The notes under the pieces were generated by a model. That model had not been told where the DNA came from and ran no database searches. It worked only from the letters and a program-made list of their open reading frames with translations. A stretch of 64,000 nucleotides of DNA, from NCBI GenBank assembly GCA_000002445.1, contig CP000067.1, positions 320,001 through 384,000 of the forward strand, in the 5' to 3' direction. Shown here one piece after another: positions 23,280-31,970 of the stretch. The DNA comes from Trypanosoma brucei (lineage: Eukaryota). Position 1 is the first letter of the stretch. Every line of letters begins with the position of its first letter. The position numbers and the translations under genes were made by a program.

Positions 23280-24695
23280 TCAAAACTCTTTTGTCATAGA
23301 CACGAGATTACCCTCCTGCTCTGGTGATAATCCTAATGACGCCTCAGTGCCACGGATCTCTCTGAAAAAGGGCGGAACAAATGGTACCGCAACGCGGTCC
23401 ACTTCCCAGGCCGAGAACATAATCGTGCAAGCAGTTAACAGCGTCTCCCGCGGTGAGCCCGACAACTTGGTTCCACTAGTTGTTGCAACCTGCTTTACAC
23501 ACAGTGCAAGTTCAGCCAGTATCTGTGGTGCCTTGGGGTCACATACACCGCGCTCAACGATTGTTTGAGCGAGGAAAGCCACAGCATTCACCGGGTCCAT
23601 GTGCTCGGGTATTAATGATTCGGCTGGCAAATTGCTTTGCATGGAGCCCATATCCAAAGTTTCTTCTGGAGGCCCAATGTCAACATTGGGATAGTTCTTC
23701 TGCATCCGTATCCGTTCCTCCAGCTCGGAAGCCGGGGGTTTTCCGAGGATGCGGACCCGGTACGCCGCTCGCCTTTCATCTTTGTAAACCTCAAAGGGAG
23801 TACTCTCCCAGCGAGTGTTCCAGTGGGCTACCGCCTCTGCAGCAATGTTGGGGTCGTAGCCGAACTGGCGTTGAACCGCTGCAAGGGCAGACGGGTCTGG
23901 TTTCGATAGTGCATCTTCCTCCGTAGTGCTCTTTCGGCCCTTTTTGTACTGCGGCTTCTCCCTAACGCAGTTTGAGCATCGGCGCTGAAAATGCCGGTTG
24001 ATAGCACCACATGACGAGCATTTCCAGTCTCCCAGGCGACATTCTGGGGGGAGCGTCCCTTCCTCACCCGGCGGGTGGTACAACTTGCAGTCATCCCCCC
24101 AGAAGCAACGGCCCTGGAGATAGTCCATGCACGGCTGTCCGTGATCGTTCAGTCCGTCTTCATCCTCTAGAGCCAACTCCTCCTCTTTCCACTGCCTCTC
24201 TTCCTCCTCCTTCTGCTTCAGAACCTCCTCTGGATGAGCCAAGGCCCAAAGACGGTCCTTCTTCGCCAGCCATATCGCATCCACAACATGCCGTGGGAAC
24301 ACACCCTCCCAGTGCTCTACGAGGCTTTCGTACTTGGGACCAAGCAAAGGGTCCTCATAAGGGATGTAATCCCGGCCTATATCAAGAATGTACTTACTTG
24401 CCGTGTAGCCGTACTTGTCACGGTCTTCTTTGCAAAGCTTGTCCAGCACGTACCAACAGGTTAGCTGTTTGCTCCCTGTCCATGACTTGATGTGCCGAAA
24501 GAGGGTCCCAACCACGAGTTCAAATGCCATTTCATTATTACCAACTTCGCGAGCAAGCTGTGTGCACTCACTCACTGTCTTCTTTCCCGGTTTCTCAACC
24601 GCCCTAAGTCTGGCACAGAAAAGCGCAAACCGACGAAGCGTATCGCGGTCAATCGATGGCGGATCTCGGAAGTACTCTTCGCCACCACCGAACAT
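23280..24695 (-). CDS. Zinc-finger protein with CCCH (C-x7-C-x5-C-x3-H) and RanBP2-type (W-x-C-x2-C...C-x2-C) zinc fingers and a possible N-terminal CID/RPR-like domain (~471 aa)
   Basis: The ORF-track start is TTG; the first ATG is 5 codons in (MFGGGEEYF...). Motifs CMDYLQGRCFWGDDCKLYH and WKCSSCGAINRHFQRRCSNC are present. Likely RNA-binding. Confidence 0.65.
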   Translation of the reverse strand: MFGGGEEYFRDPPSIDRDTLRRFALFCARLRAVEKPGKKTVSECTQLAREVGNNEMAFELVVGTLFRHIKSWTGSKQLTCWYVLDKLCKEDRDKYGYTASKYILDIGRDYIPYEDPLLGPKYESLVEHWEGVFPRHVVDAIWLAKKDRLWALAHPEEVLKQKEEEERQWKEEELALEDEDGLNDHGQPCMDYLQGRCFWGDDCKLYHPPGEEGTLPPECRLGDWKCSSCGAINRHFQRRCSNCVREKPQYKKGRKSTTEEDALSKPDPSALAAVQRQFGYDPNIAAEAVAHWNTRWESTPFEVYKDERRAAYRVRILGKPPASELEERIRMQKNYPNVDIGPPEETLDMGSMQSNLPAESLIPEHMDPVNAVAFLAQTIVERGVCDPKAPQILAELALCVKQVATTSGTKLSGSPRETLLTACTIMFSAWEVDRVAVPFVPPFFREIRGTEASLGLSPEQEGNLVSMTKEF

Positions 24696-25184
24696 CTCAC
24701 CTTCTCGCAAAGGAAAGAAGAATGAGGGGTAATTTTTTGAAGGAAAAAAGGTAAGGTACGAGCCATGGGCAGGTGCACATCACAGCAAGGAAGGGACATA
24801 ACGAGTGGGGAAACTAGCTTCGCTTGGCTGCACGTCCGTGCGACCAGATCAGTCAAATGGAGCAGGTGAATTGGTGATGACCACACACATGTTTTGCTCC
24901 AACCGTTTGGGCGATTGGACTTGGGGATACCATCCAAGGACATATATATAAAACGCGTACAGGATGATGAGCAAAGGGTAGCGTTTCCTATGATCATCAA
25001 CGTGAAGAAGATAATCAAGGGACTGGGGGGGTGGGTGGGTAAAAGAAGGATGCAGCGTTAGGGGGTAAACATTGTCGGAAACGGAGGGAAGGAGGAAACC
25101 ACACTTCCCCTTCCCTTTCCTTCTCCACACATCACCGCTCGTCTGATCCCCACTCCACGTGCAACCCTCCATCTGTACCGTTTT

Positions 25185-27911
25185 CTATCTCGAGGCGGAT
25201 AGAAGCAACTCCCGCCGCTCGTTACGAAGCGCCTGCACAACGGCCTGCAGGTGTTCACATTTCTTCTTATAGTCATTCAAAGTCGACTCCAAGCACTCCT
25301 CGCGTAGGACCATGAGACCAAGCCTCTTCTTCAAATCACAAATTTCTCTGTCACGGTGCTGGACGGTTACGGCCTCCTCGTTGGCTCGTTGTTCCAGTGC
25401 AATGATTCGGTCAACGAGACGCAGTCGGTCCTCCGTGAGTGCGGCGACGGCGACGCGTGCGTCCAAACGGGCCGCAGCACACTGATCTCGTGTAACTGTG
25501 CCACAGCCGGGTGCCATTTCTGTCGTTTGCGTCGTCTTGTCAGACACACTATGCGGCTGCGTCGGCAAAAATTTGTTTACACTTGGCGTCGTTATTGGGA
25601 GCGACAGTCGTTGAACAACGTTCGGAGTCTTGTCGGTTTGCAGTGTATATGACCCATCACCCGCGCAGTCCAATGATTGCTTTCCGCTAGAGGTGAGACC
25701 GTCTGCCTCGGCCGTCATCACCTCATCAGGTTGTAGTTGTTGTGGCCCTTTTTCTCGGGTGCTGGGTTCGGAAACGCAATTTTTGTGTGCCCCCGCGTAT
25801 GCCTGTTGAGGTACAGGATCGCCGAAAGGCTCTTCTATGGTTGTTGGACTCTTCTCTAAACGGCACCGCGCTGCATTTTCTCGGATGCGCAGCCGCCGGC
25901 ACCAGTGGTTGCACACACTGTGCATGGTTCTTGAGCGATAGTAATTCTCAGCATACGTTATGTTGTTCATTTCATACGCGCGGTGCCTCCAGCGCATAAG
26001 TAGGGATCTGAGTTGGAAGTACCTTGGCAAGTAACGGGAGCGTGCACGCTCCAACCAGACCCTAAAAAGCACTCGCTTCCGCTCCGTGCGTGGGAGCAAC
26101 TCTAGTGTCGTACATATTGAATGTGGCGTTGGACATGTGGTTGTAATGAGATTCGTTAACCTCTCTCGCACAAACTTGGAACACAGCATATTATTATATT
26201 TGTGCTTCGCTTTTGAGTTCCAACAGCGCAGCACGCGCTTCTTTACGTGCCTATTAATCAGAAAAGCGTCCTCATCATCCACCGCGGTTTCCTCCTTCCA
26301 CGGTGAAGGATGAGGTGAGGGAGCCTTCTGGGGAAGCGGCATCGCAGAAGACGATAAACCCACATCCCTCTCCCCTTGCGATGCTGTCTGGGCCTCAGTC
26401 GGAGTCTTCACAGTTCCTTCACTTTTTTCACTTAGTGGGCGTGGAGAAACATCCCGCGCCTCACTCCCCCGTTTTATCAGTTCCTTCTTCCTGCAGCTGG
26501 ACATGACAGTTTCGGCCCGGCGGAGGATGGGTGAGATACAGGTCAGTGAAACCTCTTCATCATTAGCGTCCCCAACAACCAGGCCACCGGACGTAAATAT
26601 TTCGTTGGGCGCCAACATGATCTCCACAAGTTCCTCCTGCAAGGAACTACTTTGGCCCTTCGTTCCTTTGCTTGGTGTATTTGCCGATTGGTATGACAAC
26701 GCGGGAGACCTTTCCTCTGACATCCCATCTTCACATCCTACACGATGTTGCCGTTGCTTGTGAAGCCTCCAATTATCAACCTTCGCTACTTGCATGAACC
26801 ACAGTTTGTTCAAATGATCCACATCTACAACACTCAGTTCCTCACCAAGTGCATGCGCGATGTCAAGCAGCAACCCGCATATTCGATGGTCAAGGGATGT
26901 TGTGGCCCGTCGGAACACATCCTTTGACCAGTCCTTACAAAACGTGGTGAGTACCGCGTGCTGAGGGTGGTGAAGGACCAACGCATTGATGTCCCCCTGC
27001 GAATGGTTTGGCGACTGTGCCAAGAGGGAGGAGTCCGACCTGCAGAGGGAGTCGGAACCGACGCCGGTGTCATGGTTGTTAATATCGCATAACCGACATC
27101 GGCCGCTCATAAGGCGACGCACAAAGTGCGATGCGGCGCTGACATCGACAAGGGCCAGTAGCTGCGTTGAACATCGTGTGACGACATTTTCAACAGTCAT
27201 GTTCACCGTGATGTCCTGTACAACAACACCCCTACGGCGAAGTTCATGGTGTAGATCAATCCGTTTCTTAGCCTCGATAAGGAAGGCCACAAAGCGCATA
27301 CGTTGGACAAGCTCCCCCATAGTCACTTTCTCACGCTGAAGACACTGAGCGGCCCTCTCCACTTCCACGGCCGTAACGGGCCGCGTGTCCAGCTTTCGCA
27401 GACGGCAGTTCTTGGGCTGGAGGCTTTCGGGCCACGAGCAGATGCGCAACATATGGGCACGATAATGCGGAAGCTGCGTAACTGGATTGAATTCTAATGA
27501 GAGAAACTGGAGCAACGGCAACAGCGAGAGCCCCTCGCAGTCTTCTATGCGCTGCACTCTGTTTCCGAGAAGCGAGAGCCGCACCACGCTCTTGAACTGA
27601 ACAAGTCCGATGGTGGTTGTAATCCTATTTCTGGAAAGAAGCACTGTGTGAAGTGACACAGCAATGGCCGCGTTCATCCCTGCTCCCTGCACACCCACAC
27701 GGCCACACCCCTTTGCAGCTGCACGCGCCCCTTGCGGGAGAAGCTCCGTAATTGCGTGCTGCACGGGAGATGGAAGTGGTTCCTTCAGCAAAAGGGAAAG
27801 GAAAACCATATCAATGTCCACCTCAGTGATATTCTGCGAAACGCAGCTGAGCCGCTGGAGAGTGGAATCTATGACCTCGGGATTGAGCTGCACATAGCGG
27901 GAAAGGCGCAT
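25185..27911 (-). CDS. Large LRR plus coiled-coil protein (~908 aa from the first ATG)
   Basis: The ORF-track start at 28091 is GTG; the first ATG is at codon 61 (MRLSRYVQLNPEV...). Central LRRs (LSLLGNRVQRIEDCEGLSLLPLLQFLSLEFNPVTQLP) and a C-terminal heptad coiled-coil (EDRLRLVDRIIALEQRANEE...). Confidence 0.6.
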   Translation of the reverse strand: MRLSRYVQLNPEVIDSTLQRLSCVSQNITEVDIDMVFLSLLLKEPLPSPVQHAITELLPQGARAAAKGCGRVGVQGAGMNAAIAVSLHTVLLSRNRITTTIGLVQFKSVVRLSLLGNRVQRIEDCEGLSLLPLLQFLSLEFNPVTQLPHYRAHMLRICSWPESLQPKNCRLRKLDTRPVTAVEVERAAQCLQREKVTMGELVQRMRFVAFLIEAKKRIDLHHELRRRGVVVQDITVNMTVENVVTRCSTQLLALVDVSAASHFVRRLMSGRCRLCDINNHDTGVGSDSLCRSDSSLLAQSPNHSQGDINALVLHHPQHAVLTTFCKDWSKDVFRRATTSLDHRICGLLLDIAHALGEELSVVDVDHLNKLWFMQVAKVDNWRLHKQRQHRVGCEDGMSEERSPALSYQSANTPSKGTKGQSSSLQEELVEIMLAPNEIFTSGGLVVGDANDEEVSLTCISPILRRAETVMSSCRKKELIKRGSEARDVSPRPLSEKSEGTVKTPTEAQTASQGERDVGLSSSAMPLPQKAPSPHPSPWKEETAVDDEDAFLINRHVKKRVLRCWNSKAKHKYNNMLCSKFVRERLTNLITTTCPTPHSICTTLELLPRTERKRVLFRVWLERARSRYLPRYFQLRSLLMRWRHRAYEMNNITYAENYYRSRTMHSVCNHWCRRLRIRENAARCRLEKSPTTIEEPFGDPVPQQAYAGAHKNCVSEPSTREKGPQQLQPDEVMTAEADGLTSSGKQSLDCAGDGSYTLQTDKTPNVVQRLSLPITTPSVNKFLPTQPHSVSDKTTQTTEMAPGCGTVTRDQCAAARLDARVAVAALTEDRLRLVDRIIALEQRANEEAVTVQHRDREICDLKKRLGLMVLREECLESTLNDYKKKCEHLQAVVQALRNERRELLLSASR

Positions 27912-29236
27912 GTTGATGGAAGACTTCCTTTCTGCCTTCGCTGCGGGAGGCCACGCGTCGTGCGCACGTATGGATGTGCTCCCTTTTCCCCTGGATCGAT
28001 CTCCACTTCCAATGCGGCGCAATCTCTGCTTTCCCCACGGTGAAGTACAGACCTCCGTACGGTGAGGATAAAATCCTCCTTTAGCTATCACACCACAAGC
28101 GGTGAGAGTGTGCGTGTGTGGAGATATAACATAACGGAGAGAAAAGATGAGAGTACAATGCGGAAAATGATGTTTCTGCGGTCGCCAACAAAAGTCCCCG
28201 CACTTAGAGCTTAAGCGTTAGATTGACATTTTCTCCCACACCTTTACGTTGGATTGGCAACATAATATATCACTCTTTTATGACAATAGAAAACGGCACA
28301 GTTCAGTACCACTAAAAAGAAACATGCCTCTTTGTAATGGTTATTTTTTGAGGTGAGGCGAGCAGAGGAGTGTTAGTGGGAAAAATTCAACCACGTAGCG
28401 ACAATCTTAAGGAATCACTGCAACGTAACAGGAACACCATAGAGGGACCCATGCATCCAGTTTGTTTTTCCAGTCCTTTCTTTCCCTTCCGATGTTGGGT
28501 GTTTGACGTCCCCCTTTAGCTCCACCACTTTTTTTTTTGACCCCTTTCCTGCACCAAAGCCTCCCCACCCCCATTTCCTCCTTCCCTTCCGCCGTGGTAA
28601 GAGCTAAGTGAAGGGAAATAATATGGAATGAAGAGTTCCACGGGTCCGCGCAGCGATAACCGGCACCGCACCACCCACCACCGGCGGTTTCATTGCACAG
28701 AAACAAATCTCTCCGCATTCGGACACAGACAACGAATACGTTCCGATCACAGTTCCACTCAGCGGCGCGCTGATTATACGTAAGCACCGTGTTAATTTAC
28801 TACCCGTGCTCATTCTATGCTTCCGTCACATTTATCATTGTCGTGGGAAATAAGACAAAGGGCACGGCCCCCTTACATTATGGTAACGTTCCCAGGGTCA
28901 GATGAAACCCAAAACGCCAGATGCCCCACACGTATGATGTGTGCAAGCCAATGCTTCACTCCCCCTTTTCTTCCTCTCTTATTTTTTGTTTGTTTCAAAG
29001 GTAAAGATCGCGAGCACAGGGCGACCTTATCACACTTTCTCCTTCGCATCCTCCCTTACATTTTGAGATTGTTCGCTGCTGACTGGGGTGTGTACGGTTG
29101 ACGACACCTTTCCCCTTCCGTCTCATATTAATTTTGTCGCATTATTTTTTTTCGTTTGTTTGTTTCGACTTGCTCTTTTCTTTTATTCAGTTATCCCCAC
29201 TCTCCAACGAACATACGTCACTGCAACGGCGTGTTA

Positions 29237-31327
29237 TTATTTTGCTATGATGTTGACAAGCGGGGCGTCCTCGTCGTTTTCGTCTCCCGAAGCAGCCCCA
29301 GCTCCGTTCTTTCCTCTGGACCCGCGTTTTGAGCCACCCCGTTTCTTTTGCTTCTTCTTCTTGCCGCTTGCTTTCTTGCCTGTTTTCGCGGCTGATTTTT
29401 TGCTTCGGGTTTTTTTCTTCTTTGTACCACTCGCCTTCTTAGTGCTGCGCTTGGCACCACCCGACTTTTTGCTTTTTCCATTCGCCGTCTTCTTTCCACT
29501 CTTGTTCTTTGTACTGGATGCGCTCCCTGTCAAAGCAGTTGGGATGACCCGCTTCTTAACGAACTCCTCATATGCCTGTATTTCCTCCGGTGTGCCATAG
29601 GTATTGAGCCACTGGTATTGAACCTCATCTTGCTCCTTGAAGAATTGTGTCGCTGCCTCCTCTACGGAGCCGTTCTCGCTCACGCTTTGGGCGCGCCTGA
29701 GGGTATCGATGGTCCTCTTTATGTCTTCTAATTTGTACTTGATCGATTGAACGGACACGTGGAAAGTCTTGGGGATGGAGCGCTGATGGTTACAGAGCTT
29801 AGCGACTTCCGTATTTGCCTTGTTGAAATAGACGAGTTTGTCCGAAAGGGAGGCCTTCGGGTCCACTGGCTTTTCCCTAAACCACTCATCCAATGTGATG
29901 GAAGCGTTGTAGGTACGGAACACCTTTGCAGACAGGTCCTTCAGAAAGCTCTTCAGGTAGTTGTTTAGGGTCGTGGGTGTCACTTTTCTGAAAATTTCGC
30001 TGTCCGTTCTTTTTATGAAACTCCCCAGAAGCTTGTAAACTTCTGGCAGGACGGTGACCTCATTCACGTACCGGATGGAGTCTTTACCCAGAAAGTCAAA
30101 ACGCACCACATTATCTGGCCTTAACTCGATGTGCTCCTTGCGAAGGGAGCAACAACCCACAGTATCCGCTTCCTCTTCGCCCTTTTCATGACCTACACGC
30201 AACGCCAATTTATCGATAAAGTATGTTGCTACAGCACGCTGCCTCTCCATCTCATCCGTCGACGAAAAATCCTTCGTATAGGATTCCCGTATATCATCAA
30301 TGTGATTTTTCAGCTCGCGCGCTGTCTCGAATTTGGCATAATCCGACTGACCTTTCAGAGTTGAAGACGGCGCAAGCATCACATACTTGCACTGACCAAT
30401 GGTGGGTTCGTACCACATCGCCAACCACGTCACATTCTGATCGTGCACAACCCCCTTCCACTTGTGCCCCGCTGGTGCTTGGGGAATCGGGGCTTCTTTG
30501 CCTATATTTAACACGACATCCTCGGGAAGTATACGTTTCTTCAGTTTCCCTCGCATTGGGTGCTCTCCACGTCCACGGAATAAACCGGGTGGCTCCACGC
30601 GGAAGTTGGCCACCTGCTCCTTCTTGCCATTCCATATACACCATTTATACGGCTCCGCCTCCTCGTCAGCAATACGTTTCAGTTCCTTTTTCTCTTCTCT
30701 TGTGCGACTCTTGCGCTTCTCCACCTCCCTCTGATGCCATTCATATATAGCACTGAAATCACATAACTCGAGGCAGCGAATGGGATGCTTCCGTTTATCG
30801 AGTATCTCCCTCCAGCTCTGAAAAAAGTTCCTACGGAACACTTCGTTGCGGTAATAGTCGTGCTCTCGTAGGACAGCGAACATTGTCGCCACCTCTTCCT
30901 CCTCTGGGGTCATCTCAAACTTTTGCTGATTGTAAAGAATAGGAATGCCATGCGGAACATATGCCGGGGGAAATAACACACCGTTGTGCAACAGTGTGTC
31001 CCACCGCTTTTCCCCCTTTTTTGTTGTTGTCAGAGTCCCCTGCGTCCACCATTCAGTTTCCCCATCGTTTCCACCCCCCTCCTCGTTTGCCAGCAAAGCC
31101 GCCTTATTTTCATCGCCTTCTCTTTTCACAGCCCCTTTTGCGGGCCCCATCCCCGCGGCAACCATCTCCAGCTCATTTTCTTCTTCCTTTATGACAACTT
31201 TCTTGATCTTTTTCTCCGTCATATCTTCTTTCTTAACTACAACTCTCTTCCCATTAACCTCTTCATCTTTTACGGCAACCTTCTTTCCCTTCCCTTCACC
31301 ACTCTTCGGCTTCTGTGCCTTACCCAT
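29237..31327 (-). CDS. TOP1B-L: DNA topoisomerase IB, large (DNA-binding core) subunit of the kinetoplastid heterodimeric enzyme, ~696 aa
   Basis: The ORF-track start is GTG, immediately followed by ATG. Conserved topo I core: WWTQGTLTTTKKGEKRWDTLLHNGVLFPPAY and later DTVGCCSLRKEHIELRPDNVVRFDFLGKDSIRY. The long C-terminal Lys-rich tail carries no catalytic Tyr region, consistent with the split large/small-subunit enzyme of trypanosomatids. Confidence 0.9.
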   Translation of the reverse strand: MGKAQKPKSGEGKGKKVAVKDEEVNGKRVVVKKEDMTEKKIKKVVIKEEENELEMVAAGMGPAKGAVKREGDENKAALLANEEGGGNDGETEWWTQGTLTTTKKGEKRWDTLLHNGVLFPPAYVPHGIPILYNQQKFEMTPEEEEVATMFAVLREHDYYRNEVFRRNFFQSWREILDKRKHPIRCLELCDFSAIYEWHQREVEKRKSRTREEKKELKRIADEEAEPYKWCIWNGKKEQVANFRVEPPGLFRGRGEHPMRGKLKKRILPEDVVLNIGKEAPIPQAPAGHKWKGVVHDQNVTWLAMWYEPTIGQCKYVMLAPSSTLKGQSDYAKFETARELKNHIDDIRESYTKDFSSTDEMERQRAVATYFIDKLALRVGHEKGEEEADTVGCCSLRKEHIELRPDNVVRFDFLGKDSIRYVNEVTVLPEVYKLLGSFIKRTDSEIFRKVTPTTLNNYLKSFLKDLSAKVFRTYNASITLDEWFREKPVDPKASLSDKLVYFNKANTEVAKLCNHQRSIPKTFHVSVQSIKYKLEDIKRTIDTLRRAQSVSENGSVEEAATQFFKEQDEVQYQWLNTYGTPEEIQAYEEFVKKRVIPTALTGSASSTKNKSGKKTANGKSKKSGGAKRSTKKASGTKKKKTRSKKSAAKTGKKASGKKKKQKKRGGSKRGSRGKNGAGAASGDENDEDAPLVNIIAK

Positions 31328-31703
31328 CACACCGAAAGGGGGAGAGATATTATGGCCACTGTGTTTTTCTCTTTATTTCTGTGTGTCTGCACCTATCCCC
31401 ACGGCAAGTTGCGTCGCAGGTGGCAGCGTAAAAACACTAACGTGTGACTTCAAAGGAAAAAAAAAAGCGACAGAGCTACCAGCCGAGTGGAAAGTGGTAG
31501 ACGGAAATGGGAATGATTAAAGAGTATGATAGAGGCAGCACCTTACAAAAAAAAAAAAAGAAGCGTATAACACACAAAGGCACAACGTCGCCCGGTCTAA
31601 TCCCAGCCGCCAGCGCACACCGCAGAGCCCCCGACGAGAGCACGTCTCCTGAGCTAATCCCTTTTCCTCCTTCCACCAAAGAGACCGAAGGGAAACTAAG
31701 ATG

Positions 31704-31779
31704 TTATTATTATTATTATTATTATTTTTTAACTCATGTACTTAATGTGCTCCAGTTTGAACAACAACAACAACAACAA
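31704..31779. repeat. (TTA)n and (CAA)n trinucleotide repeats in the TOP1B-L/CPSF73 intergenic region
   Basis: ttattattattattattatt at ~31704-31726 and caacaacaacaacaacaa at ~31760-31779. Confidence 0.8.
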
Positions 31780-31970
31780 TTCCTCCTCTCCCAACCCTCT
31801 ACAGGAAACCTTCAGTGTACGATTTTGAGGGAGCGTGGATAGCAGAAGAGAAAAATAAAATGGTCCGTTCCAGAGTGCTTGGAGATGATACAAGTCAACT
31901 TGCGAGTGACGGAACCACAGTCAATTCAGGCAACCATCAGATGTCACCAGTTTTTCCCCATACTCTCTGT

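Noticed and set aside
28817-29600. Plus-strand ORFs (94 and 170 aa) rich in F/L/P
   Set aside because: They are antisense translations of the Lys/Ala-rich C-terminal tail and 3' region of the topoisomerase large-subunit gene. Low-complexity mirror ORFs like these are not independent genes.
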